Both the position numbers and the translations under genes were made by a program. A model generated the notes under the pieces. It saw only the letters and a program-made list of their open reading frames with translations. It was not told the DNA's origin and made no database searches. From Lama guanicoe (Eukaryota), in contig MU054338.1 in assembly GCA_013239625.1 (NCBI GenBank), forward strand, positions 5,742,724-5,806,723: a stretch of DNA of 64,000 nt. The letters are read 5' to 3'. Below, piece by piece: positions 1 to 13,610 of this stretch. Each line of letters opens with the position of its first letter. Within the stretch, counting starts at the first letter, position 1.

Positions 1-228
1 AAAAAAATAACACAAACTATGTGGATGCAGAGCGGTCAAGAGGGAACTCTCTACTTTCTTTTTCTGTAAACCTAAAATATTCTAAAGAACCTGAAATCTC
101 ATCATTTCATATCTTACAACTTTTTGGAAGTCTAGTAGTTTCTTATGACTTTTTAAATCCTTTACAAGTATTATTTAAAACTAACAGAGAAATTTATATA
201 CATACTTTACTGTTTAATAGTATGTTTT

Positions 229-360
229 GGGGGGAGGGTATAGCTCAAGTGATAAGAGCGCATGCTTAGCATGCACAAGGTCCTGGGTTCGATCCCCAGT
301 ACCTCCTCCAAAAATAAATAAATCTAATTACCTCCCCCTCTGCCAAAATAAAATAATTAA
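229..360 (+). mobile_element. tRNA-derived SINE (camelid Vic-1-like)
   Basis: GGGGAGGGTATAGCTCA...GCATGCTTAGCATGCACAAGGTCCTGGGTTCGATCCCCAGTACCTCC with Pol III A/B boxes and an A-rich tail. The same element recurs about ten times in the window. Confidence 0.85.
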
Positions 361-2785
361 ATGATACAATTTTTTAAAAGTCTGTTTTAATTAACTTTTG
401 CTACTTTAAATTTAATTTAAACTTTTCTACAGAGGAAATCATTCTAAGATTTAATTCTTTAAACACTAATGGGTATAAAACTGCAAACTATAATAAGGGA
501 AAAATTTCAAATGTCTAGCTAAAAGGACAAGTGACATCAGAGTGTGTCCCTCTACTATATTTCACACTGGGGATATTGTCAGGAATGAATAGCATATTAT
601 AATGCCTTAGGGGGTTGGATTTAATCCATGAAGAAACCTGCTAGGATTTTCAAAGATTTCCCCAAGTCTGAGTAGTTTTTTTGCATATCAATTAAAACAG
701 AAATTCAGTAGTTTTTTCTACTCATCAATCCAAGTAGAAATTCATTTGCCTTAAGAATTGTACAGCCTTTTAAATATCAAAGTTCTGTATGGTCACACAC
801 AAAAACTGATCTAAAAATGAAAAATGTGCCTGAGAACTTAAGCACACCCATCTCACAGCTTGAGATCTTCATGCCTAAAAGGAACAAAAATTCTGTGTGG
901 TTCCAGGATTTCCTTGCCTTACACACATTTTTCAATCAACTTACTTTTCAAAGCCTAAGAAATCAAAAATCTTACAAACTTACCAAGCAAATAAAATTGC
1001 AAACTGCTAAGGGAAACTAGACTTAAAGGACTGAAATATTCAATAGATAAGGGTACCTAAAGAAGAGAAACACAAATATTTAAATCAGCTCAGCCCGCTT
1101 GCCCACAGTTAACAAGGAAAACCCACATTTAGAAAGTTAAAAACAATTCCAGGCCTGGGGTCTGGATACCCCAGGCTGAGATATAACCCCTAAGGCGGGC
1201 CCGTCCCTGGTGAAGGGGGTAGACCCTAAACAGTCATGGAACAAACTCATATTTTCACAGTGAGGAAGCTCTCAGGGAGATGCAGTTTAAGATTCTGACT
1301 CGAACTCCCAAATTCATAAACCCTTTGTCCACGACACAGAACTCCTGAACACAAACTTTTTCATTACACAAATTACACTATGAGTACACCTATATCATGG
1401 ATGCAAAACTCAAACATAAACATGTAAAAACATCCAGGCCAAAGAAAACCCCCATCGTGGACTCAGGGGGTGCTTTTTTTTGGAGTCACTGGCCTCAGGC
1501 CTCTGCTCCCCAGTCACAATACTTTGGATCACCACTGATAATTTAAATGACAAACCCAGTGTTTCCAATCCAGCCAAATCACTCTTCCCAGTGTTTATGT
1601 GTAAAGGAGGAAAGAAAATTATAAGGCAATTTTATTTGTTCAACAAGAAAACTCACAAATGTCTATTCCTATCAGAAAATAAAGATGTCAGTTTCTTACT
1701 ATTTCCAAAAAAAGAAACTGATTTGTAAACAATTAATCACACTGGAACACTTCTAGATGTTGCAAATCTAAGCCCTGATATGCTACTTGAAATCACCCAA
1801 AAGAACAGACCTCAGAACATAACTACATCCACTCAGGGTAAGAAAAAGGGGAACAATATTTTTAACAAACAGCATATAATAATGCAATTTTTTCTGAAAT
1901 TTCACCTTTATTGCCTCTTTGGAAAAACTCTATACCGTCTCTCGAGGTCTACTGAATAAATAAAATTTAACTTCATTGAAAAACTAAGCCTCAAATAAGT
2001 GAATAAATTTTTTCAAAGTACGAAACGCAAAGTGGCAGTGATGAAAAGACAGATCATTCAGGAAGGTTTCCCTAGAGGACCCTCCAACCCAAAGGTCTTC
2101 CCATAGAATGTCTGTGACCAAGAAAGAATCTGAGAGGAGAGTTACCTGGATTACATACAACGTATTCCAGGTGGTTATTCTCTGATTTCTTCTCATATCT
2201 ATAAATATAAACCTTTAAGAAGAGCCATCCATGGCTCTGTGAATAAGTGATAAACAAAAGACTGCACAGGTTTGAAATGTACCACAGAGGAAAACAGTTA
2301 ATATTGAACCTATGAACGGAGTAGGTAGGCGAAAGATGGCATTTGGGAATGGGGGGGGTGGAATCTGGCAATTTAAGGATTGTCTGCCCTAGGAAGCCCT
2401 AGGCTTGAGGAGACAGGGTCGTGGATTTGAGAACCTCCTCAAACACTTTAAAAAGTGAGGGTAAAATGATTTCCCTGGAAAGAAAGGGGGTCATCCCACA
2501 GATCACAGCCCCTCTTCCCACACACGAACCCTGGAGACCAAGTCACGATTGCCCCGTGACCCTCCCCATGGCCACCGCACAATTTGGGGGAGACTCGGAT
2601 GCGCAGGACGGGACCGGACGCCGAGGGATCCCCGCTGTCGGCCCAGCCCCGCCCCCGCTGCGTGCCGCGTCACCGGCCGACTCGGGTCGGAAGACTCCGG
2701 AGTTGGCCGCGGCGAAGCCCGGTTCCATCAGCCCCCCGGGCGCCCCCAGCCCCACTGTCTCCCAGCACCCGATCTGCACACTCAC

Positions 2786-3100
2786 CATTTTTTGGCTTCA
2801 GGGGTTTCTGATCGTCCACCTTACGACTGCTGCGGCAAGTGCAGGTCACCGCAACATGAAACGTGGCGCAGCCACCTGGGGCCTTTAAAGTCAGCAGAAG
2901 GTGATGTAGCCGCGGCCAGAGCGAGCGAGCGGCACCGAGCACGCAGTCCACGCCGTCCACCGTCACCCGAGCGGCGCCGCCACGTAAAATAACCGGCGAC
3001 TCCCCTGATTGGACAGTTCACAGGGCCCCGCCCCCCGTGCCTGAGTGACAGCAGGTCAGAGGTCGAGTCTTTGAGCCGACCTTGTCCCGGAAGTGGACCG
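2786..3100 (-). promoter_or_regulatory. CpG-island promoter and ATG-only first exon of a KRAB zinc-finger gene; gene body lies left of the window
   Basis: Minus strand reads GAAGCCAAAAA-ATG|GTGAGTG (ATG 2788-2786, then a consensus donor). Upstream are CTGATTGG (CCAAT), GCCCCGCCCC (GC box), CCTGAGTGACAG and CCGGAAGT (ETS). This layout is typical of KRAB-ZNF cluster first exons. No KRAB or C2H2 exon is visible in the window. Confidence 0.7.
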
Positions 3101-3454
3101 GAACTGTCCTCTCCACCAGCATGACCTGGAACCATAAGGGTGTGAGGGCCTCACAGAACTGTGGTCCTTCTTCACAGACACTTAAAACTGACTCCGCCAT
3201 ACGTAATGAGTCTGGCTCCACTTTGATCTTTGGCCTTTTCCTAGGGGAGACATCTGTCCAGCCCTCCCCATCCCCACTCATTTGGTACTTTGAAAAGTCC
3301 CCAGGCCTCCGGGACACTTGGCTCTGGTGGGAGGACGGACCCCACAGTCCTAGACCAGGGCTGAAGCTTCAGATACTAGCACGTGTGAAACACTGAGGCA
3401 GAGAAACCACCAGAAAACATTTTTAATGTAATTCCATTAATACTGATTTGTTCA

Positions 3455-3715
3455 CACTGTGGTACCAGGGAGGAAAAGGGAGGGGGGAAGATTAGGAATT
3501 TGGGATTAATAGATTCACACTACTATATATAAAACAGATAAACAACAAGGACCTACTGTATAGCACAGGGAACTATATTCAATTTCTTGTAATGACCTGT
3601 CATGGAAAAGAATCTGAAAAATAAATGTATATATGTATATATATGTATATCTGAATCGCTTTGCTGTGCACATGAAACTAATACTGTAAACAGACTATAC
3701 TTCAATAAAAAATGA
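3455..3715 (+). mobile_element. L1 3' end fragment
   Basis: AACAACAAGGACCTACTGTATAGCACAGGGAACTATATTCAA ... ACTATACTTCAATAAAAAA is a characteristic laurasiatherian L1 3'UTR. Confidence 0.8.
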
Positions 3716-3737
3716 GAAATTAAAAAAAATACTGGTA

Positions 3738-3830
3738 GGGGGGTGGGTATAGCTCAGTGGTGGAGTGCATGCTTAGCATGCACAAGGTCCTGGGTTCAAT
3801 TCCCAGAACCTCCGTTAAAAAAAAAAAAAA
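3738..3830 (+). mobile_element. tRNA-derived SINE (Vic-1-like)
   Basis: GGGTATAGCTCAGTGGTGGAGTGCATGCTTAGCATGCACAAGGTCCTGGGTTCAATTCCCAG followed by poly-A. Confidence 0.85.
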
Positions 3831-5164
3831 GTTAATTAAAAAGAGAAAAAAAAATACTGATTTTATTGAAAGATTAAAGGAGGTTAAAATTGAAAGCTCA
3901 TTGCTGAGTGAAAAATAATACATGGTGAAGGTATGAAGGCTAAACAAAGAATCACAACCATGGTCATGTTTGGGGCAGGACTGAGTTGAGTCATGGACTA
4001 GAACATCAGGTGGCTCTAACTACTGCCCACTGGCCGTTTATGAATATTCATGATGGTTCCAAGGATGTTTCTATTACTACTAAATCTTACCACAAAACAT
4101 TTTGTACACTTTTTCCTGAATATATTTTATGATAAAAATTTTAAGAAGAAATTCAGTTTGGAAAATAACTTGTACAGGTTTGTTTGCCCTGTAAGGTGGC
4201 AATCTGAGTTTTCATTCACAGTTTTGGCAGCAAAAATTAGTAACAAGCCATGTGTCTAGTTAGAAAAAAAAATGGATTACATAAATTCATCATCATATGT
4301 ACCTTTTTAAAACAAAGGGTGGCATGGACTGATACGTAAAAATCTGGAGTATTTATCAATAGAACAATTAAGCAAAGTGTACCTAATCTTTTCTATAACT
4401 GTTATGGTAACCGCCTGTGTTAGATGGGCCCCACCCTAGATCTCGTTGACAGCACATTACTGCCAAGAATGTATGAAAGAGGTTATTACTTTCATAGTTA
4501 AAGTGTCTGGGGAGGGCAGGGCAGGCCTCTCAGGCAGCTGGGAGATGCCTTGACAGAACAAGGGAAGGAGCCTGGCCTGAGTTTTTCATTGTGATTAGGT
4601 GGTGGGCTAGGGTGAGATTCTGCCCACAGAGGCAGGGGCTTCCAGGGATTTAATCTCTTGCTAGCACCAAAGGAGTGAGCACCTAGGCCTTCTTGTCACC
4701 ATGTACAGATGTGGGACACCAGGAGAAGAAGGCAGGGTGAGGCTTTTAAAGCTGTCAGCAATGAAACTAAAAAAAAATGGAATCAGAGTTCTGGATTCTC
4801 GTCTGGCACGTAAAGAGCTTAGAAGGTGACATTCCTATCCTCACCAGAAAAAGCGAACAAATTTAAAATTAACAACTCAGATCTAGCAAAGCATTAATCA
4901 CAGGGCTGTTTCCAAAACTAGAAAGTGAGACAGAAAAACAGCAATTTTGAAATGTGCCCAGCAAATTCTGTTCTTAACAATGCCTGTCCTCAAAGAATCT
5001 GTTTTACCAGCACCTAACTGACATGGTGGGAGGAAAATTGCCGACTTGAGACCCCCGGAGCCTTTCTGCCTGACCTAAGCTGAGGGTGAGGGGGAACTTA
5101 TAAAGACTTGTGAGACTGATAGCCTTTTTGAAAAAATAAATTAAAAAAACTCCTAACATTAAAC

Positions 5165-5865
5165 ACATACTGTGTTTTCCTAAACCACTTCTCCAACTCT
5201 CCAGTTCCAACTGAGTGTCTTACAATTCAGTTCAATTCTACCACTAGCCAGCGTTAACACCAGCCTTCACAATTTCAGGGCTCAGTTCTGTAAGACTGCC
5301 CCAGACATTAGATGTCAGCTGCAAATGTGGGACCCAGGTCACACACATTTCTGCATGGTCAACAACAAATTCAGAGGTTGCCTATAATCCCTCATGTTTG
5401 TTACGTGATGGAACAACTATCAGAACTGAGCAAAATGCTTTACTTATTACCATCAGTTTATTTTATAAAAGATACAGTCAGGAACAGCCATATGGAAAGA
5501 TTGAACAGGGTGAAGTGGGGGACAGGGGTTAGGGAGCTTCCAAGCCCCCTCCAGGCATGACAGCCTACCAGCACACCAATTCAGATCCCTCCGAATCCCA
5601 AGGTTTAGAGGTTTTGATGGAGTTTCCTACCTTGGGGGTTTTAGGTTGGGAGCTGGGCTGAATGTTCTAAGGCTCTAATCATAGCTTAGACTTCCTGGTG
5701 ACCAACCCCATCCTGAAGCCATCTATGGGCAAGCAAACCATCGGCCTCATTAGAACATAAGATGCTCTGATCACTCTTACCACACAGGAAATTCCAGGGG
5801 CTTTAGGAGGTCTTTGCTAGGAACCATGGACGAAGATCAAATATCTTTCTCATTCTATCACAGAA
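5165..5865. mobile_element. old LTR (MER21/MER77-like)
   Basis: GTGTCTTACAATTCAGTTCAATTCT, GGGCTCAGTT...AAGACTGCCCC and GTTTATT..ATAAAAGATAC resemble MER21-group LTRs. Family assigned from memory. Confidence 0.5.
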
Positions 5866-6149
5866 GGCCACAGCCCACCATCACAGACAGAGACCCAATC
5901 ATGGGACTATGGAACCTCAACATACCACAACATCACGAAGCCTCCTGTCTAATAACGGAGTGAAACACTGCAAGAACGGTATGCTTCTGAACTTATTTAC
6001 AAGTCTCTGGACTACCCCCCAAAGATGACATGGGAGACAAAAGCAAGGACACTTGGAGATACGGCAGCCACAGCAAATAATCAGCACAGATCAAACCCTA
6101 AGTCAGATTAACCCAAAACCTCACACTACAGGCCTGTATAACTCATTCC

Positions 6150-6935
6150 TTTTCACAGTACTTTACGTCTGGTGTTCAACAAAAAATTTAAAGGTACCAT
6201 GAAAGACTTAAAAAACACATCTCCAGGAGATAGGATGAGCAAAAGAACCTGACTCAGAGGTAGCAGATATGTTGGAATGATCAGACCAGAAACTTAAAGC
6301 AACCATGATTAATATGCTAAGTGCTCTGGTGGAAATAATAAATGATATGCAAGAAGAGATAGGTCATATATGCAGAGATGGAAACTCTAAGAAAGAGCCA
6401 AAAGGGAAATTAAAGAAATAAAAAACAAAAGAACTGAACAGAAATAAAGAATTCCTTGGCAGTGGGGGTGGGGGGCCACTTATCACTGCAGTGGAAATAT
6501 GTGAGGAAAAAGAATCAACAAGCTTGAGAAGATGTCACTAGAACCTTCCAAACTAAATGCAAAGAAAAGAAACGAATAAAAAGACAGAACAGAAATCCAA
6601 GAGCTTTGGGACAATTGCCAAAGGTGTAACATACACATAGTGGGAATACATGAAGGTGCAGATAGGAACAGAGCAAACAGGTGAATCAATAATGAGTGAG
6701 GTTTTCCACAAAATTAGCAAAAGACACCGAAACACAGATCTAGGCAGCTCAGAGGTCACAAAACACGATAAAACCTTAAAAATGCACACCTAGAAATATA
6801 TATTCACACTCAAGAAAAATGAAAGACAGAGAAAATCTTGAAAGAAGCTAAGGGAAAAAAATCTTAGTTATAGAGAAACAAGGATAAGGAACAAATTGGA
6901 CTTTTTTTTCAGAAACTATGCAAGCAGGAGGAAAG
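6150..6935 (+). mobile_element. old L1 ORF1-region fragment
   Basis: A-rich degenerate ORF1-like sequence (GAGCTTTGGGACAATTGCCAAAGGTGTAACATAC, GAGAAAATCTTGAAAGAAGC, TCAGAAACTATGCAAGC). Confidence 0.65.
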
Positions 6936-7204
6936 TTTTTCTTTTTTTTTTTAAACTAATTACTTTATTGAATAAATACAATACCAAACAAAATGTATTC
7001 AAATGCTTTCTTTAAAAAATCAATTTTAAAGGCCCTTCTATTCAGGCTAATGACAAACAATAAAAGCAGATATGCTAGTTTAACATAATTGGCTGATTTT
7101 ATACAGCACTTACATCTTTTAATCCACAAGTATATTATTAAGTGACAGAGAACATCTAATACAATTATTTCTACAAAACTAGGAAATAAATTTCTAAGAA
7201 AGAA
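6936..7204 (-). pseudogene. 5'-truncated processed retrocopy of an mRNA 3'UTR (resembles the HNRNPA3 3' end)
   Basis: Poly-T run at about 6936-6952 and minus-strand AATAAA at 6969-6964, followed by AU-rich UTR-like sequence. Parent assignment is from memory only. Confidence 0.5.
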
Positions 7205-8560
7205 CCAACTGGGCCTTCAAGTCTATCCCTTTGCAGACTCAAAGGGGCCTTAGCATGGAGACACTGACCTCAGGCTTCTACTCCCCATGGAGGAGCTCCA
7301 GACTAGCACTGATATTAGAAATAACACAAACGCAGTGTTCGAACAATCCAGCAAAATCACTCAAATCCAGGATTTCGTGTAAAGGACGGAGGGAAGATTG
7401 CACAATAAAACTCACAGCTATCTACAACTTTCAGGAAACAATGATGTTAGTTATTATTTCCATGGCAAGAAACTGTTCTGTAAACAATCATATTTGAGCC
7501 CTTCTGTTCTGCAAGTCTAAGCCCTAGAATTACATTTGAAAGCACTCAAAATGAGTAACAGATTCACAAACACCCTCTAAGGGCAGGGGGAAAAAAGGGA
7601 AACAAGTTTTAACACAAGCAATGCAATACCGTGGTATATTACTTTTCTGAAATTCACCTCTTTCTTCAGTTTACATTTATTGTAAAATGGAGACATTTAA
7701 AAGGCGAATAAAGCTTTTTAGGGTGACAACTCCAGGGAGGGACGATTCTGACGGGACAGATCACCCAAAGTTTCCCAAGAGGAGCCTACACCCAAAGGAC
7801 TTCCCATAGGGAATGGGATGCCTGTGCCCAGGAAAGATTCTGGGAGGAGAGGCACAAGGATTTCATACAGCGCAGTTCCACGTGGTTATTCTCTGCTTTC
7901 TTCGCATGTAAAATATCTACAAACGAAAAAATTAACCTTTAAAACTGAGCCGTTCACTGGGTGTGGGAAAATTATAACAAAATACTGTTTCTGATTGAAA
8001 TGCTCCATGGACGACAAATACTTGATAATGATGCTGTGAATCAGAGAGGAATTTGGCTTTGGGAAGGCGGGCTGGGATCTGGATATTTAGGGATTTCTTG
8101 CCAGTCCCTTAGGAAGAGCTAGGCTGTGAGGGGAATCGGGTCGTGAATTTGACACTCTGCTTCGCAAGCATTTGGAAAACTCAGGAGGCAAAATTTCCCC
8201 TTGCGAAGAAAAATGGGACTGGGACCCCACAGATCACGCACAAAACCCAGACACCGAGTCTGATGACCCTCCCGGTAGTGATCGCACAATCTAGGGAGAC
8301 GCGGGGCTGCCGGCGCAGAGGTGTCCAGAGAGGCTCGGGGTCTGGGCCGAAGTCACAGCCCGCAGTGAAGGGACAGGATGCCCGGGGTTTCGGCTGCCAG
8401 CCCAGCCCCCACACTGAGAGCCCGAGAGGACTGAGGTCAGAGGGGCGCCCCCAGCAGACTTGGGTCCACAGACTCTGGAGTGGACAGCAGAGGGCACAGG
8501 TATAGACTTGGCCAGTTCAGCTCAACCCCTGCTCCCGTCCTGGGACACCAGGTACCCCAC

Positions 8561-8850
8561 ACTCACTGTTTCCTCGCTTCTGGTGTCCCCCGGCGTCGTC
8601 CCTTAAGCTCCTCGGGCCAGTGCAGGTCAAAGTTCAAAGGACTCAGCAGGAGAGGCACCTGGGGCGATCAAGCAGGAGTGAGCTGTGATCCGAGCACCAG
8701 CTGAGCGTCGCTCCACCCACTTTCCTCTCCTGCGCTCCTGATTGGGCAGTTCGCTAATACCCGCCCCCAATTTCCCTGAGTGACAACAGGCGCATGAGGT
8801 CACGTGACCAAACAGCCCGTTTCCATCAGTGGGCGGGAACCTGTCCGCTC
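8561..8850 (-). promoter_or_regulatory. duplicated KRAB-ZNF-type promoter/first exon with the start codon lost
   Basis: Paralogous to the 2.8-kb and 37.6-kb modules (CTGATTGG, CCCGCCCC, CCTGAGTGACA). The donor GTGAGT is kept at 8566-8561, but the sequence reads GAAACA|GT where the paralogs read GAAATG|GT. Confidence 0.65.
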
Positions 8851-9611
8851 CAGGGGTGTTCGCCTTAAAGCAAGTTCACAGGTGTTCCTAACCAATGCTA
8901 GGCAAAATCACACAATGAGAACCACAGGGCTTATGGGAAAAATGGGATTGGGGCTCAACACTCAAAACGTGTCAGTGACATAAAAAAACAAGAATCTAAT
9001 AAAACAGCATTTTTTTTCATATGTTGACTGGTTAAGAAATACAAAAACACTACAAGAAATAGAACTCTTTACCGTGAAAGAGACCTGCGGTTGGCTTGTA
9101 GATGTGGTCATCAGGAGAACTGAACCTTGTGGGTTATAATGAAGAAGTGGAAGGAGAATTACCGGAAATCAGAAAGTCAGAACTCAGGATGGGTTGGGTA
9201 TCCTCATAACTCGTGAGGGGCAATGATTGCACTCGTAGACTTTTAAGCTTGTACATGCATTTTGTGTCTGCCTGTGCAGCTGGGTGCAATTTTCTGTGCT
9301 TAACTTGTGTTTCTCTTCTGTGCCTTGCTGATGAAGCTTCACATAAGCAAATAGGAAATTTACATAATTTTCAAATTTTTTCCCTAATGTATGCATGACC
9401 CTGAAAGAAATCATGTTTTCAAAAAAGCATTACAGCAGAAATGACTGTTGACATAATTTTTTCCTGAACCATCCGAAACTTGATAATATGGTTCCATTAA
9501 ATATTATTTCAACAAAAATAAACCCTTAAATATTTCAGTGAAAATAAACAAAAATCAGGACTCTGTTCCAGGTAACCATAATACCAATACCACACTTCAA
9601 AAGTTAAGAAA

Positions 9612-9755
9612 GAAGGGAAGAGGGTATAGCTCAGTGGTAGAGTGCATAGCTTAGTGGTAATGTGCATGCTTAGTATCCATGAGATACTGGGTTCAATCCC
9701 CCAGTACCTCCATAAATAAATAAATAAACCTAATTACCTCTACCCTTCAAAAAAA
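9612..9755 (+). mobile_element. tRNA-derived SINE (Vic-1-like) with target-site duplication
   Basis: SINE body flanked by AAGTTAAGAAA at 9601-9611 and 9756-9766. The paralogous site near 38635 is empty. Confidence 0.85.
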
Positions 9756-12399
9756 AAGTTAAGAAAACTTTGGCATCATCTAATACTCAGTCCATATTCC
9801 AGCCTTCTCCAAATGCCTCCCTTTATAAATGGCCTTTTTCAAACTAGGATTCAATAACCCTTTCTATATCTATTAGGCTGTTGTCTTAATATCTTTTGAT
9901 TTAGAATCTTCCCCCTTCAAATCGTCTCTTATGCCATTGACTTTTAAAGACATCAGAACGCAATCTGCCTTTGTCTGCTTGCTTTAAATATACTGCTGAA
10001 TAAGACTATACTTGAGAGGAATTGTTCACAAAGTAAGTCTTATTAAATAAGTAAATTGGAAAAAAATTGTTGGCAAATTGCTTCTCAGACAAATTGTCAA
10101 GCGAGGCATTGAAGGCATGTCCAGGAGGGTCCTCAAGGGTGCCCTGGCAGGAGGAAGAAACTGACTCTAGCAAAGACAAGATGAGAGTACCCAGGTATCT
10201 CTTTCTCACATGTTTTTGCCATGCCAGTCCAATCCAGCAGAAGCATTTTGAAAGATTTCAGGTTTGATCGGGGGTTGAGGGGAAGATATGACCACAATAT
10301 GTCAGTAGACACACAGCTTTTTGGGTAACAGGTTTGCAGGCAGGTGAAGTACCTCAGAGCATGACACCTTCAGGAGGTTAAGGGTGGGAAGAGGGAGGTG
10401 GGGGGCATAGCTCAGTAGTAGAGTGGGTACCCAGCCTCCCACATGACAGTCCACATGCAAGGAAATGTAACCTCAATGGATAGGTCTGGAGCCACCCTGG
10501 CTTAGATGTCCCATGTCCCAAAGTTTAACCAATGATGTCCCTTGTAACAGTCCTGCCCAGACAACACGGTCACCACACCCAAGGACGCCCACTGCTATAG
10601 CTTCCTGCCAGGTACTAATGTCCATTTACTGTCCCCACCAGAAGAGATGCAGGTTGTCAACAGCGGATCATTTTAACTGTAAGCAACATCACCAGACAAC
10701 ACACCTGACACTGCACCTTTATCAAGTACCTAGGAGATCAGAGATAGAATTAGCTTACCTCAAGGTCACTTCCACCCTGCTGAGGTTCAAGGGACACTTC
10801 TTTTCTCCCCATAGTATTCTCTAGCAGTGCAACCTGAAGAATCACCAGGAAATGCCTTCAGCCTTAGTTTTTCCTGCTGCCCCAGAGAGCTGGTAAAGCA
10901 TGAGGCAGGTGGGCAGTGGTGTGGCGGGGTCTCTGCTGTGCAGTGGCTCAGTTCCAAAACTTGGGTTGGATCATCATACCCGGAGATGATGAGTTCACAG
11001 CTGCTGTCCAGTCTCGCGAGGGACTGTGGGTGCTCTGTAATCACTTGTTTAATTAGGAAATTAATTCATTAATGAGCACTTATAATGTAACTGACACCGC
11101 TGCTGGGTGACTTATCAATCATTTCTGAATCCCGTCAAGTTCCAAAAAAGTGATTATTCACACACCAAAGACGGGAGTACTGAGTCAGAATGATTCAACA
11201 AGTAACAGAGCTAAGGTTTGAACTGATGGTTAATTGACTCTAAAACATCCACTCCGGTCCTTTGTGGCTCAGAGATGCCCCTTCTTTTGTGAGCAGTTCA
11301 TGTCTGGATCAAAGGAGCAGATAAGCAGGCATCCACATACAAGTGAGCGGATGATAAGACACCTTCCCAGAGATACCCTCTGTCCTGTCCCAGACCCATG
11401 TGTTTCTCTCCCAGGCCTGAAAAGGATGGAACGGCCAGTGGAGTTGATGCCATCTGCACCAACCATTCTGACACCTTGGGTCTCACGCTGGACAGGGAGC
11501 AGCTCTACTAGGAACTAAGCCATCAGACCCACAGTGTCACTCAGCTTGGTTCCTACATCCTGGACAGGAACCACCTCTTTGTCAATTGTGAGCTTCTTGT
11601 CCTGCACTTCACGTGGAGTCTTCAATTGATACTGAGCTCTGGCCACAGGTTACAACCATGTCTGCCTCTAGATTTCTCTCGGCTGGCTCTTCCTTTCCAT
11701 GTGAGGTCCCCCTATCCACTGAGGGCTGCATCACACTCAGAGAGGCAGACGGTCAGAGGAAGGATGTAGGTGGCATCCCCGTGGTCTAGAAGGCACCTGA
11801 CCTTCTGATGGTATCTGTTCTTCCACCAGTGGTCCAACTCCTCCCTCAGTTCCTTAAATCCTTTCAGACAGCCCACCTCGATCTTATCTGCTCTCAGCAT
11901 GTTGCAACAGATCAGCATTGACCTCCATCCCCAGGGATAAGTGTGCAAATCCTATGTGGCCCCATGACCCTTGCAGGGGCAACTGATCGGTCCTTCCCAA
12001 CCAAGACGAGTGCCTCATGGAAGAAGGAAGCCTTAGCGCCCTGGTTACCGACCTACTCCTAATTCTACCTTCTGTGAGTCAGGCTGGGCTTCACGGCCCC
12101 TTGTCTCTGGCATCTCCAAGGAGATGAGGCTTTATTCGCATTTTGATGCTTTCTTCTCAATTTCTGTGACTTCCACAACCTCCTTGGGAATCTCAGTGGC
12201 TCCAATCTCCTTTTCGAGCTCTTTCAGTAAGAACCTCCAAAGTCTCCTTCCTTCCCAGTTACATGCCTCTCAATACTTAGCAATGAGAAGGGCAAGAGAG
12301 AATTCACAGGGATTGGAGAGCTCTGTCACTCGGTTTTCAGTCCCCGATTGAAACAGTGACTCCTGTCAATCCACCTTTTGCTTTCTGTTAAGATTTTGC

Positions 12400-12890
12400 A
12401 TCAGTTATCTTTTTCTTCATAACAAACAACCCCCAATTTACTGGATTAAAACAATCATTCACTACTGCTCACTAGTATACAGGTCAGCTGGGCAGTTCCT
12501 CTGGTGTGAACTAGGCTTCCCTACGAGTCTGCAGTCACCTGCAGGTTAGCCAGGTGTCCTCTGCAGGATGCTGACTGATGGCCAGGGTGCCTCAGTTCTC
12601 CTTCATGTGGCCTCTCACCAGCCAACATACTAGCTCTGGCTTGTCCATGTGTTGGTCATAGAGTTCCCAGCAGCAGGAGAAGGCACGCCTCATGCTCGGG
12701 GGCTTTTTAAGCCTCCTGTTACATCACATTTCTCTTATGCCATTGGCCAAAGCAAGTCATGGCCAAGCCAGAGTCGAGACGTGGAGAAATAGACTCCCAT
12801 CACTTGTTCGAAGGGTCTGCAATACCAGATTGCAAGGCTGTAGATGCAGGGAGGTAAGGAATTGTTGGTGATTTTTACCCTCTACCCCAA
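12400..12890. mobile_element. MaLR LTR (MLT1-like)
   Basis: GGTCAGCTGGGCAGTTCCTCTGG, ATGTGGCCTCTC and CCATTGGCCAAAGCAAGTCATGGCCAAGCC are typical MLT1 motifs. Confidence 0.65.
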
Positions 12891-12929
12891 GTGACCTGCC
12901 AGGGATCAACTTCTGTCACGCTGACATTT

Positions 12930-13610
12930 GTTTATCCATTCATCCCTCAATAGACATTTGAAGTGTTTCCATCTTTTGGTATTTGTAAGTAAGACTGATA
13001 AGAATATCATAGAAATGTCTATTCAAGTCTCCACCTTCCTTTCTTTGGGTACATGCTTAGAAGAGGTATTGCTCATTCTTACAGCAATTCTGGATTTAAT
13101 TTTTTGAGGAACTACCACAGTTTTTCCACGCAGCTGCACCATTTTATATTCTCATCAGCCACGTACAGAAGCTCCAATTTTTCACCAACACTTATTTTAA
13201 TTATTACATTTTCGACAACACTTCTTATTTTAATTATTATTTTTTAAATAATATCATTTTAGTGGTTGGAACGACTGATCTCATGGTTTGGCTTGCACTT
13301 TGCAGTGGGTATTGCTGTTGAGCATCTTTTCACGTACTTATCTGCCATTTGTACCTCTTTGGAGAAACATCTACTCAAATCCTTTGTCCTTTTCTTAAAT
13401 GGGTTATGTTGTGTTGTTGTTCTGGGTTTGTAGGAGTTCTCTGTTTATCGCGGGTGTTAATCCCTCATCAAACTAAGATTTCCAAATATTTTCTGCCTTT
13501 TGCTTTATTGTGTCTCCACTTTCTTCATAGTGTACCCTGATACACAAAAGACTTTAACTGATGAAGCCAGATTTCCCTATTTTTAAATTTATCTTTTTGC
13601 CTGTGTACTG
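12930..13610 (-). mobile_element. old L1 3' fragment
   Basis: TTTTTGAGGAACTACCACAG, GAGCATCTTTTCACGTACTTA and TTTGGAGAAACATCTACTCAAATCCTTTG match antisense L1 ORF2 end / 3'UTR. Confidence 0.7.

Noticed and set aside
229..310. tRNA-Ala-like sequences as tRNA genes
   Set aside because: They are dispersed, diverged, A-tailed and in one case TSD-flanked, so they are SINEs.
2421..3135. Overlapping 100-155 aa ORFs; likewise 37166-37741 and 43651-44226
   Set aside because: These are GC-rich CpG-island/intron sequences with few stops and no domain similarity.
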